64,000 nucleotides of DNA from Octopus sinensis (taxonomy: Eukaryota), in contig NC_043017.1 in the NCBI RefSeq assembly GCF_006345805.1, positions 24,986,001 through 25,050,000 on the forward strand. Direction: 5' to 3'. The position numbers were made by a program, and so were the translations under genes. Below, in pieces: positions 1 to 11,860 of the stretch; position 1 is the first letter of the stretch, and each line of letters starts with the position of its first letter. The notes under the pieces are model-generated. The model ran no database searches, had not been told where the DNA came from, and saw nothing but the letters and a program-made list of their open reading frames with translations.

Positions 1-112
1 CCTGTTGTGTAGCATGTCAGAGACTATACTGTCCACCATAGCCCTTGTTTAACCATTTTTATACCAAGCTGCCAGAAACAGCCCTTGGTTCTATGATTTC
101 TCTCTTTATCCC

Positions 113-520
113 TTTTACTTATTTCAGTCATTTGACTGTGGCCATGCTGGAGCACCACCTTTAGTCGAGCAAATCAACCCCAGGATTTATTCTTTGGAAG
201 CCTAGTACTTATTCTATCGGTCTCTTTTGCCGAACCGCTAAGTTACAAGGACGTAAACACACCAGCATCGGTTGTCAAACGATGTTGGTGGGGGGACAAA
301 CACAGACACACAAACGTATATACACACACACGTGCATATATATATACATATATATGACTGGCTTTTTTCAGTTTCCGTCTACCAAATCCACTCACAAGGC
401 TTTGGTCGGCCCGAGGCTATAGTGGAAGACACTTGCCCAAGGCACCATGCAGTGGGAATGAACCTGGAACCATGTGGTTGGTGAGCAAGCTACTTACCAC
501 ACAGCCACTCCTGCACCTAT
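113..520 (-). mobile_element. tRNA-derived SINE, family 1 (CORE-like ggcaccttgggcaagtg body)
   Basis: Reverse complement has a tRNA-like head (A-box tggctgtgtgg, B-box-like ggttc..tccc), an internal (TA/TG)n tract and a ...gactgaaac-aagta tail. Many copies occur in the window. Confidence 0.85.
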
Positions 521-620
521 AAACTATAAACTATGATATAAACTTCCCGTTTTAAAGTAATCTAAATCAAAACCTTCCCTCAAAATTTCCCGTTAATCTA
601 TGTTTCAAACACCAGTTTAA

Positions 621-1059
621 CCCTTTAGCATTTAAACCGACCATACCCGTCCCAAATATTCTACAGCTTTTATATTCAAACTGGCCATATCTAGCCTCTC
701 ACGCCTATCCTATGATGACGTTCTAAAAATAAACATTGTTAAAACCTGGAAGCTTTAACCCTTTCGTTACTGTATTTATTTTGAGATGCTCTGTGTTTCT
801 TTCAATTATTTTAAATATAACAAAGAATTTAGTAAAATAACTTCGTTATCATTCAGCTAGTATTAGGAATATAAATTGCGACCAAGGTTTGGTGGTATAT
901 TTTGATGCAAAACTTAAGAAAACAAGACATTTGTATTACAGAGCCAGAGCCGGTTTTGGCCGGGTTGGTAACGAAAGGGCTAAGATAATGCATGATTAAT
1001 TCAAAACAATTCAGATAAAAAAAAGGAGCATTACATTTGATAATCTGTATACTAAAGGG
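621..1059. mobile_element. TTAA-flanked MITE family A with a nested family B MITE (759-979)
   Basis: TTAA|CCCTTTAG...CTAAAGGG|TTAA ends; the inner element has TTAA|CCCTTTCG...CGAAAGGG|CTAA. Confidence 0.85.
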
Positions 1060-1659
1060 TTAATAATGACAAAATTATTTTACTCATTTCTTCATAACTT
1101 TCCAAATTGAAACAAAAGCAGTGTGTTTCAGTAGAAATATGGCAATGAAATGTTTCAGTCCTACTGCCCAGCACCTTGAGCAAGCATTTTCTGCATAGCC
1201 CTGTGCTGATGAAAGCCTTCTGAAAGAAGCTTGTAGTACATGATTACATGTAGGTGTGCGCTTTTGTCACCTCATTGCGACAGACATCATGTGATTGTTG
1301 TAAGCACTTCTTAGAGGAGGACCATCATATGAATAGTGGCATTTGTTTCCTGTCATCTGCAAAAACAGTTTAGCCAAGAGGAAATATTATCTTCCTTTCA
1401 GATAGGTGAGGAGTGGTATTAGGAAGGTCATAATCAGGTCATAGAAAGTTTGACCCAATGCCAATATGGGAATGTGGACATATAAATGATGATGACTACG
1501 ACAATGTAGTAGTAGTAGGTAATGATAAAGATTCAAATTTCATAAAAATGCATCCTGCCTACAGTCATTTGTGCGTATGTGTCTCCATTTGAATTCATGG
1601 TTACTTGTTGGTTTTCTTATTTGTTTGTTGAACATACGTATGTGTATATATGTGTATAT

Positions 1660-1718
<59 letters not shown>

Positions 1719-2250
1719 TGTATATATATACATATGTGTATATGTATGTATATATATATGTATGTATACATATGTATATATATATATATGTATGTATATA
1801 CATATGTATATATATATATATATGTGTGTGAATGTATGTTCAACAAACAAATAAGAAAGCCAACATATAAATATACACACTTATATTTATTGATTTATAT
1901 TATTAAGCACAAACAGATGTTGTTTTCTCATTGGAGGTATTCAATCGAATCTTAAAGAAAAGGAAAAAATATACCCCCGTCTGTTGTGTGTGTGTGTGTG
2001 TGGTGTGTGTGCGAATGAAAGGAGGACTGAGTTGGTTGGTAGAACTTGTGGTCAAAGTGGGCCAAAGAAAACTTAGCACAAAACGGAGCATAAAGCAGAG
2101 ATGTCAGAAAGAGAGAGAGATAATAATAATAATAATAACAATAATGATGATGATGATGCATGGTGACAGAATTAGTTTTGTGCATCTTTTATCTTTTACT
2201 TGCTTCAATCATGTGACTGAGGCCATGTTCATATTGCTCTAGTCCACTCA

Positions 2251-2480
2251 GCTGGTTGGCAGAAACGTTAGCACGCCGGGCGAAATGCTTTACGGTATTT
2301 CGTCTGCGTTACGTTGTGCGTTCAAATTCCGCCGAGGTCGACTTTGCCTTTCATCCTTTTGGGGTCGATAAATTAAGTACCAGTTACGCACTGGGGTCGA
2401 TATAATCGACTTAATACCTATGTCTGTCCTTGTTTGTCCCCTCTGTGTTTAGCCCCTTGTGGGTAATAAAGAAATAGGTA
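2251..2480 (+). mobile_element. tRNA-derived SINE family 2 (gtcgactttgcctttcatcctttcggggtcgataaattaagtacc core)
   Basis: Head tggcagaaacgttagc...gttcaaattcc. Near-identical copies at 26968-27200 and 62508-62730. Confidence 0.85.
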
Positions 2481-2638
2481 TGAAATAGGTGGTACCTGTA
2501 TTTCAAAGGGCCAGCCATGTTACATTCTGTGTCACGCTGAATCTTCCCAAGAACCACATTAAAGGCATGTGTGTCTGTGGAATACTCAGCCACTTGCATG
2601 TTAGTTTTACAAGCAAGCTTTTCCATTGATCAGATTAA

Positions 2639-3532
2639 CCCCTTGATGCCGGTACTACCTGAAGCATGCGAAACACTGCTCTGGTTTTTTTTTATCTAAC
2701 CAGGCCACACAAACACACAAGTGCCAACGAGCTCACGTCTGTTTACGTTCACTGTTTCAATAACATAGCGTCGTACATTTACGTCTACAGGTTTATGAAA
2801 ACGGACTATGTGATGGTATTTATCATAATATGATATGCACGAGTTAGTTAGTTAGTTAGTTAATTTGGCTCAAAAGCAAATAGCAAGGCCATGTAGGGGG
2901 ACATGGAGTTAAGTACAGGGTGGTGTTCATGTAAAGAGTTCAGGCCACTTGAGGTCAAGGGAGGCTTTGAACAAAGCGGTCATCGGCATCTTCACCATCT
3001 CATCTGGCAGCTTGTTCCACGGATCTGCAACTCGGACGGAGAAAGCTCCTCTCCTTCGATTGAGATGAAATCGTCGCAGGTAGAGCTTTTCAGAATGACC
3101 CTGCAGCCGACGCTCTGGAGCAGGAGTGAAGAACAGCTCTTTTGAGAGGTTACACTTTCTGCTTATGATGTTGTGGGCGAGAATGAGATCACCACGGCGG
3201 CGGCATTTTTCAAGAGAATAAAGGTCCCAAGAAGAAGAGTTATGCGTGTGGTACAACTCAAAACGCGGTATTATGCATGTAAAGTATCCGCATGTCATTG
3301 GCTTACTGCTAGTCTCATGACTTGAACATAACCTAAGATAGCTAAGATAATGCACGGGACGGCGTGCATGCGCACCTCAAGAGGTAAAGTACACGATAGC
3401 GAACGTAAACATACGTCAGCCGCTAAAAAGTCCATGATAGATGTAGGGATGCTCTACATTGTATATTTACGTTAACCACGGGTAGGCAAGCAAAAGTGTG
3501 ATCGCATATTTGCGTCAACCGTTGTCCAGGGG
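2639..3532. mobile_element. piggyBac-like non-autonomous element (TTAA target duplication), interrupted by the CR1 fragment
   Basis: TTAA|ccccttgatgccggt ... accgttgtccagggg|TTAA, with imperfect 15-bp TIRs. It splits an older repeat (cagattaa...ctggaaccc). Confidence 0.6.
2842..3349 (-). mobile_element. 3' end of a CR1/L2-group LINE with (TAAC)n tail
   Basis: LEKCRRRGDLILAHNII...LQGHSEKL...RRGAFSVRVADPWNKLPDEMV...FKASLD is the CR1-type ORF2 C-terminus. (GTTA)n at 2843-2862; flanking ATGCACG duplicated at 2835-2841 and 3350-3356. Confidence 0.85.
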
Positions 3533-4118
3533 TTAACTGGAACCCTTGTCATAATAAGCAACAGAGTACTCGTTAGTCCACTTAGACAATTGTACATGGT
3601 TTCAGTAAAACGTTGGCAAACATTTGACTCAATACAGCCAAACTATTAACTCTAATTATTGTCATCGTTATAATAACTATGTCATTGTAATAATTAATTG
3701 TCATTAAGTGCTATGATCATTAGGAGTCACCTCCTCCTAGCAGATGAACATCAAAGATTTCCATTCTCACACATGCACCATATTACGGAATAGTCCAGTC
3801 CTTGATGTTATCAAACCAGTTTGTCCTAGATCTTCCCCTTCAGCATTTACCATTTTATTAGTACATTTGAGATGCAAAGGAATACTTTCGTAATTTGAGT
3901 TGTTGTAATTTTAGTCCATAAATTAAATTGCTCTCCTTTCATAAAAATTAGTTATTTCCTGTGATGTTTAATCATAATTGGCCCAAATTAAAATGGTTAA
4001 TTGATTAATAAATACTAAATGGTTACTAATTTTTAACCAATATACAGCTAAATTTCTAGACATTGAATTTACTTGTGTGTTTTTGTGTCCATACACACAC
4101 ACACTCACTCACTCTCTG

Positions 4119-4149
<31 letters not shown>

Positions 4150-4270
4150 AACATAGTCATACAGTGCAATTTAAGCCGTTAACTGCATAACAAATAACTA
4201 TTATTAAGAACTCCATATCTATTTCCTTTTGTGTATTGTAATTGTATCCTTTGTCATAAATCCTGGATTT

Positions 4271-4313
<43 letters not shown>

Positions 4314-4353
4314 CACATATATAGATACACACACCACACACACACACATATAT

Positions 4354-4393
<40 letters not shown>

Positions 4394-4442
4394 CATCATC
4401 GTTTAGCGTCCGCTTTCCATGCTGGCATGGGAAATATATATA

Positions 4443-4492
<50 letters not shown>

Positions 4493-5748
4493 CTGAACCC
4501 TCATTCATCGTCTTCAATGAGGGAATCCACCATATATATAGATCACATGCACACGCACACACATTTATGCTCATATATTCATTCATTCATACATGCAAAG
4601 ACACAGTAACTCAGTTTTTTTTAAAGATTGAATGCATCAATTCTGTATTAATTAAACATTTTAACTTCGCCCAATTATATTTTAAAATTGATTTTAAAAA
4701 ATGACCAAATTTGACAAATGAAGAATATATATATATATATCCATATCACACACACACACACACACACATGCATATACAAAATTATCATTTTAATGTTCAG
4801 TTTTCCATGCTTCTGTGTGTCAAACAGTTTATTGAAGCAGGATTTCTAGTCAGATGCTCTTTCTGTCCCCAACCTTCACCTTTTTCCAAACATGGTAATA
4901 ATCCCCCTTGTGGCCAAACATGTTTTTCATGGAAGACTGGAAAAAATTATGGCATTGCTTGTATGATGATGATGATGCTCATTCACAGCCTTCAAATGAT
5001 GTTTAGAGAAGGGTACACACAAACACATAAACATACATACATATCTCATCAAGAATCTTGCAAAACAAATACATAAACTATATATATATATCATCATCAT
5101 CATCATCATCGTTTAGCGTCCACTTTCCATGCTAGCATGGGCTGGACGATTTGACTGAGGACTGGCAAACTAGATGGCTGCACCAGGCTCCAGTCTGATC
5201 GGGCAGCGTTTCTACAGCTGGATACCCTTCCTAATGCCAACCACTCCGAGAGTGTAGTGGGTGCTTTTACGTTTCGAAGCTTTAGGTGTAGGGGGAATTT
5301 GAAGAAACTTGAACGGAAATGATCTTTCGGTAGAATGAAAGACCATTTGAGGAAAAGCGTTTACGTAGTGTGAAATTGTCACGAAATAAAATTTATTGAA
5401 CAGAAATGTTGTTGTATATTGCTTTGAGACTTGTAGGAAAATATTCATTTAACAAAAAGAAAAAAAAAAAGAAAAACCCACAAAGCCCAAAAGAAAAACG
5501 GGAACACACAAAGAAATACAGAACAAGAAAATCCCTAGAGCTGTGGAATGTGTGAGAAATCTTTCATTCTTGTTATCTGCAAAGATAGACACACCCTAGA
5601 AAAAAAACCCTGTCTCTGCAAAATTTATGAGCAATCCTTTGTCCGTAGTATTATTTTAACAATGTACAAAGTAATATACACACTGGATGAATTTTAATAC
5701 ACGTTTTACTTCTGGCGACAGCTATGGTTTTTAATGAATTAACATGTA

Positions 5749-5967
5749 TGAGGTGGGTGCTGAAAAGTTCCTGGCTTTAAGGGTATCATGAATAATTTGG
5801 TTGGAGGCCCAACTTTCTAAGTTCTTTTACAAGGCTTAGAAAAACTGAAGGACTGCTGCAATAAGTGTGTTAATCTGAGAGGGGGATAGGTTGAATAAAA
5901 TCATAATTAACTGAGCCTCCTGTATTTTCTTTTACCCAAAGTCAGGAACTTTTCAGTACCCACCTCA
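5749..5967 (+). mobile_element. Mariner-derived internally deleted element (MITE)
   Basis: About 30-bp TIRs tgaggtgggtgctgaaaagttcctggcttt / aaagtcaggaacttttcagtacccacctca, with TA at the left. The interior retains a mariner C-terminus-like stretch (GLEKLKDCCNKCVNLRG). Confidence 0.75.
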
Positions 5968-6740
5968 TGTGTGTGTGTAAATATATATATATATATATAT
6001 ATATATCATCATCATCATGCATCCATTTTCCATGCTGGCATGGCTTAGACGTTTTGACTGGGGACTGGTGAGCCAGGAGGCTGCACCAGGCTCCATTCTG
6101 ATCTAGCAATGTTTCTACAGCTGGATGCCCTTCCTAATGCCAACCACTCCAAGAGTGTAGTGGGTGCTTTTTTTTTTTAAAGCCAAGTATTTATCCTCTT
6201 TTGCTGAACTGCTAAGTTATGCTGACGTAAACATACCAACACCATTTGTCAAGTAGTGATGGGGTGGGGTGGGGGACAAACAGACACAAAGACACACACA
6301 CATAGATACATACATATATATGACAGGCTTCTTTCAGATTCCATCTACCAAATCCACTCACAAGGCTTTGGTTGGACTGAGGCTATAATAGAAGAAACTT
6401 GCCCAACTTAACTTGGAACCATGTGGTTGGGAAGCAAGCTTCTTATTTCTTTATTGCCCACAAGGGGCTAAACAAAGAGGGGACAAACAAGGACAGACAA
6501 AGGGATTAAGCAAGCTTCTTACCACAAAGCCATGCCTGGGAAATGTTTTGAGTAAATATGCAAATAAAGCTCCTATTCCATTATGTCAGGGACAGTCTAA
6601 TGATGCTGATGGGTGAACCAGTTTTTTGGGGTTGCATTGAGCTGTACTGATATAATGTAGGATAAATATAACAACAACAATAATCCTTGGAAGGAATTCA
6701 TAAACATTTAATACATCACTGTGTGTTTCCACAAATCATG

Positions 6741-6761
<21 letters not shown>

Positions 6762-6772
<11 letters not shown>

Positions 6773-7414
6773 ATGCCTCCTGGCATGTATGTATAATTAT
6801 GCCCTCTATATATAATTAATATGTTCAATAAGAAATAATTATTTTCGAAATTTTTTCTCTTATGAGGTTTTTACGCTATCTACCTGACAATTTCTTGTTA
6901 AGTTTTCCTTATTAAGTATTGTCCTTAATTGCAAAATGCTTATTCCGAAAAAACTTTTCCTCTCCCGAAATGCAATTTTGTAAAAGTCTGCCATTCACCC
7001 GATGTAATATATATAAACTCACCCATGTGCTTCGTTGATGTTGATCAGTTAGCTGTTCGGCTAAGCGAGGCAGGGTCGTTGTTTATTTATAATACATTCA
7101 GGCCTGCTGATGATTACGTAAGTATGAAATCACTGGATACAGGCCTATATTTTTAAATGTCTTACTTTGAAAAATTGCATTCGGTGGGATTAGTAATATT
7201 TTTGGTAGAAATGACTGATTGTCCCTCCTAGCGTTTGGCATGTATATATAATGCCTCCTGGCATGTATGTATATTATGCCCTCTATATATAAATTAATAT
7301 GTTCAATAAGAAATAATTATTTTCGAATTTTTTCTCTTATGAGGTTTTTACGCTATCTACCTGACAATTTCTTGTTAAGTTTTCCTTATAAGTAGTTGTC
7401 CTTAATTGCAAAAT
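6762..7414 (+). mobile_element. Partial tandem repeat (about 175-bp direct repeats, 478-bp period) carrying a hammerhead; Penelope pLTR- or retrozyme-like
   Basis: 6762-6937 and 7240-7414 are near-identical (atgtatatataatgcctcctggcatg...gtccttaattgcaaaat). The unit is embedded in (TA)n on both sides and has the hammerhead between the repeats. Confidence 0.6.
7100..7146 (+). ncRNA. Type I hammerhead ribozyme fold
   Basis: Stem I AGGCCTG/CAGGCCT (7 bp), core CTGATGA, stem II T-TAC(GTAA)GTA-T, GAAA, stem III ATC(ACTG)GAT, cleavage triplet AUA at 7137-7139. Deviation: U.U at the 10.1-11.1 position. Confidence 0.7.
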
Positions 7415-7417
7415 TTT

Positions 7418-7448
<31 letters not shown>

Positions 7449-7543
7449 TATATGTATGTAGCTGGGAAATCATAAATCCGAAAAAGAAGCACATTCTAAG
7501 TTATAGAGCAGTATAGTATAAAGATAAATAAGACTGGTCTGTA

Positions 7544-7601
7544 GGATTACCCTGGCTTTCACGTCCATAAAGCGCTTAGCTTTACAGCGTATCATCAGAC
7601 C
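7544..7601 (-). ncRNA. Hammerhead ribozyme fold, left arm of a palindrome
   Basis: Minus strand GGT-CTGATGA-T-ACG..TAAAGC/GCTTTA..CGT-GAAA-GCCAGGGT-A-ATCC. Stem II is intact; stems I and III are partly degraded. Confidence 0.5.
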
Positions 7602-7625
7602 AGAGGCCATGTGCCAACAGGTTTT

Positions 7626-7687
7626 GGGATCTGATGATATTGCTCTAAAGCCAAGCACTTTATGGACGTGAAACCCAGGGTAATCCC
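7626..7687 (+). ncRNA. Hammerhead ribozyme fold, right arm of a palindrome
   Basis: Stem I GGGAT/ATCCC, CTGATGA, long stem II with TAAAG/CTTTA and a degraded base, GAAA, near-palindromic stem III ACCC(A)GGGT, GUA triplet at 7680-7682. Confidence 0.55.
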
Positions 7688-8111
7688 ATAGACCAGCCTT
7701 ATCTATCTTCATATATATGATATATATATATATATATATTTATTTCTACACCAGCTGCTATGTTGTTGTTGTTTTTGTCTCATTTGGTCTAAAGTCGTAA
7801 GACAACCATCGTTATATTTTGTTTATCCATTACTGTTTTCAATTTCGTTTTCGTCTCTTGTATTTACATCCGTCTTGTGCGTTCACATTCCTGTCTTCTA
7901 CCAAGAAATCTAATGCTTACAGCTTAGTTTTTTTTCTTGGGGCTGGCCGAGTTGGAGCAAATATCAGAATTGAACAGCCGAAATTTGCTATGATGATTCG
8001 GTGTCTGACTGAAGATTGAAGGCTTCGAATGATTTGTCTGTGTTCCGTGTTCGTCCCTTCCTGTATTTCACGTTCATTATATATAAAAACATTTATTCTT
8101 ATATATATATA

Positions 8112-10333
8112 TCATCATCATCATCATCATCATCATTTAGCGTCCGTTTTCCATGCTAGCATGGTTTGGACGGTTCAACTGGGGTCTGGGGAGCCCGAAG
8201 GCTGCACCAGGCCAGTCAGATCTGGCAGTGTTTTCTACAGCTGGATGCCCTTCCTAACGCCAACCACTCCGAGAGTGTAGTGGGTGATTTTATGTGCCAC
8301 CGACACAGGTGCCAGACGAGGCTGGTGAACGGCCACGCTCGGATGGTGTTTTTATGTGCAACCGACACAGGTGCCAGACGAGGCTGGCAGACGGCCACGC
8401 TCGATGGTGTTTTTTTGTGCCACCGACACAGGTGCCAGATGAGGCTGGCGGACGGCCACGATCGGATGGTGTTTGTTACGTCCCCAAAGCACGGAGGCCA
8501 TCTATGCGGTACTGGCTACGGCCACTTTCGGATGATTTTCTTGTGTGCCACCGGCACTGGTACCACACAGATACAAATTCCATTGATGTTCATCTATTTT
8601 GATTTGTTTTGATTTGATTTTCACTTGCCTCAACAGGTCTTCACAAGTGTCACAAGAAGGAAGGTATGCACAGGTGGACTGACTACGTCCCAGGTAGGGG
8701 CCACGGGTTATGGCCTGACTAGTCTTGCTGGGTCTTCTTCGGATGGTGTTTATGTGCCACCGACACAGGTGCCAGATGAGGCTGGCGAACGAACGGCATG
8801 ATCGGATGGTGTTTTTTACGTGCCCACAGCACGGAGGCCAGTCGATGCGGTACTGGCTACGGCCACGTTCGGATGGTTTTCTTGTGTGCCACCGGCACTG
8901 GTACCACAAGATACAATTCCATTGATGTTCATCCATTTTGATTGATTTGATTTGATTTGATTTTCACTTGCCTCAACAGGTCTACACAAGTGTCACACAC
9001 TTGCCTCAACAGGTCTTCACAATGTCATAAGTAGGTGTCACACACTGCCTCAACAGGTCTTCACAAGTGTCATAAGTGGAGGTAGCATAGGTGGACTGAC
9101 TACGTTGCCGGGGTCTTCGATGGTGTTTTTATGTGCCACCGACACAGGTGCCAGATGAGGCTGGCGAACGGCCACGATCAGATGGTGTTTGTTGTGCCCA
9201 CAGCACGGAGGCCAGTCGATGCGGTACTGGCTACGGCCACGTTCGGATGGTTTTCTTGTGTGCCACCGGTACTGGAACCACAAAGATACAAATTCCATTG
9301 ATGTTCATCTATTTTGATTGGATTGATTTGATTTTCACTTGCCTCACAGGTCTTCACAAGTGTCACACACTTGCCTCAACAGGTCTCCACAAGTGTCACA
9401 CACTTGCCTCTGCCTCAACAGGTCTTCACAAGTGTCACACACTTGCCTCAACAGGTCTTCACAAGTGTCATAAGAGGGAAGGTATGCACAGGTGGACGAC
9501 TACGTCGCCGGGTCTTCGGATGGTGTCTTTATGTGCCACCGACACAGGTGCCAGATGAGGCTGGCGAACGGCCACGATCGGATGGTGTGTGTTGTGCCCA
9601 CAGCACGGAGGCCAGTCGATGCGGTACTGGCTACGGCCACGTTCGGATGGTTTTCTTGTGTGCCACCGGTACTGGAACCACAAAGATACAAATTCCATTG
9701 ATGTTCATCTATTTTGATTTGGTTTGATTTTGATTTTCACTTGCCTCAACAGGTCTTCACAAGTGTCACACACTTGCCTCAACAGGTCTCCACAAGTGTC
9801 ACACACTGCCTCTCTGCCTCAACAGGTCTTCACAAGTGTCACACACTTGCCTCAACAGGTCTTCACAAGTGTCATAAGAGGGAAGGTATGCACAGGTGGA
9901 CTGACTACGTCGCCGGGTCTTCGGATGGTGTCTTTATGTGCCACCGACACAGGTGCCAGATGAGGCTGGCGAACGGCCACGATCGGATGGTGTTTGTTGT
10001 GCCCACAGCACGGAGGCCAGTCGATGCGGTACTGGCTACGGCCACGTTTGGGTGGTTTTCTGTGTGCCACCGGCACTGGTACCACAAAGAATACAATTCC
10101 ACTGATGTTCATCTATTTTGATTTGTTTTGATTTGATTTTCACTTGCCTCAACAGGTCTTCATAAGTGTCACAAGAAGGAAGGTATGCACAGGAGGACTG
10201 ACTATGTCCCAGGTAGGGGCCACGGGTTATGGCCTGACTAGTCTTGCCGGGTCTTCTCACGCACAGCATACTTCCATAGGTCTCGGTCTCTAGACATTTC
10301 CTTAGTGAGACCTAAAGTTCGAAGGTCGTGCTT
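8112..10333 (-). mobile_element. 5'-truncated RTE-type LINE: ORF C-terminus, tandemly amplified 3' UTR and (GAT)n tail
   Basis: Minus strand 10333-10245 reads KHDLRTLGLTKEMSRDRDLWKYAVREKTRQD*. The UTR contains ggcgttaggaagggcatccagctgtagaaa. (CAT)n at 8112-8136. Confidence 0.75.
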
Positions 10334-10577
10334 CGAAACCTTTAGCGACTGAAGAAGGGTTTTTTTCTTTGTGTTAATTGTCCTGTACTCTATTTTTTTG
10401 CTGTTTTTAAAAAAATGTCCAGTTCCTTTGGTTTGTGTCTATGTTTTCATTTCTCATTGTGTTCGACGTCCTTTTGGTGTCCTGTACTCATATATGCGTG
10501 TATATGTACATGTACAGGTAGGTACGTACATATATGTTTATATATATGCATATGTTTTATTTTATTTATTAATATAT

Positions 10578-10618
<41 letters not shown>

Positions 10619-11344
10619 GCAAGCCATGATCCTATGAGGGCATTAGTACCAAATATGAGCAACTCGACTGTGATGTAGAGAGAACACCCGTGAAATGATG
10701 ATAATGTGCATGGGGGTGGATTTTCTTTTTGATAAACTTTCTCTTAGTTTTCTGTTCTCTCTAATATTCAGTTTCTTTTTATACTTTTACTCTCTCCTCT
10801 TTTGCTTTCTTTCACTTTCTCTCTCTCATTTCCTTTCTACCCCTTCTCTGTCTGTCTATCAATTTCCATCTTACCCTATCTATGTCTCTCGGGGGGGGGG
10901 GGTTTCCTTATTCTCCCCCCCTCTCTCTTTCTCATTTCCTTTTCCTCTTCCCTTTCAATCTCTTCTCACACTAACCAGCATCCCTTCCATTTTCTCATCA
11001 ACACTTGTTGTAATCCTTTCCCCCCCCCCGTCACTTTTCTTCAAACCCTATCCCATATAACTAGGGATCCCAGCAAGCAACAGTTCGACCCCCCCCCACC
11101 GACTCCGACCCCCCCCCCCCGCCATGTACCCTCCACAACACCTTCCGTTGCTGATGCGTATTGATGATATGATGAGTCAAACTTTCATTTCATGATAACA
11201 GTATTCTGTTGTTGCTAACAACGAAGAAGCCACCACCACCACCACCGCCGTTACCCTCACAATTGCCACAACCACTGCCATTAACCATCACCATCCTTGT
11301 TGCTACCAACAGTATTACCACCACCAACACTATTACTACTACTA

Positions 11345-11860
11345 CTACATCTACCACCACCACTACTAATTGCCACTGCTACCACCACTACCACCACCAC
11401 CACCACTACTAATTGCCACTGCTACCACCACTACCACCACCACCACCACTACTAATTGCCACTGCTACCACCACTACCACCACCACCACCACTACTAATT
11501 GCCACTGCTACCACCACTACCACCACCACCACCACTACTAATTGCCACTGCTACCACCACTACCACCACCACCACCACCACTACTAATTGCCACTGCTAC
11601 CACCACTACCACCACCACCACCACTACTAATTGCCACTGCTACTACCACCACTACTACTAATTGCCACTGCTACCGCCAACACTACCACTACTAATTGCC
11701 ACTGCTACCACCACCACCACTAATTGCCACTGCTACCACCACCACCACCACCACTACCACTACTAATTGCCACTGCTACCACCACCACCACCACTACTAA
11801 TTGCCACTGCTACCACCACTACCACCACCACCACCACTAATGCCACTGCTACCACCACCA
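11345..11860. repeat. Minisatellite, unit of about 43 nt (ctaattgccactgctaccaccact(acc)nacta), about 12 copies, in an (ACC/ACT)n field spanning 11230-12230
   Basis: ctaattgccactgct is directly repeated with a variable (ACC)n spacer. Confidence 0.9.

Noticed and set aside
1200-1235. CTGATGA...GAAA hammerhead-like match
   Set aside because: Stem II is only 2 bp, stems I and III do not form, and the sequence is a decayed SINE body.
1540-1955. Many ORFs rich in [12 protein letters not shown] or LSLS (also 37270-37743, 59664-60138, 61038-61512, 63058-63499)
   Set aside because: They are translations of (TA)n, (CA)n and (CT)n microsatellites, with no splice or homology support.
8166-10269. Repeated ORFs of 100-148 aa and a repeat/spacer appearance suggesting a CRISPR array or repeat protein
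   Set aside because: All derive from the tandemly amplified LINE 3' UTR. The intervening segments are copies of each other rather than unique spacers, there are no cas genes, and the context is eukaryotic.
10331-10362. GAAA/CTGAAGAAGGG motifs (also 8008 and 35519) resembling hammerhead cores
   Set aside because: The required order or stems are missing; at best these are degenerate Penelope-like remnants.
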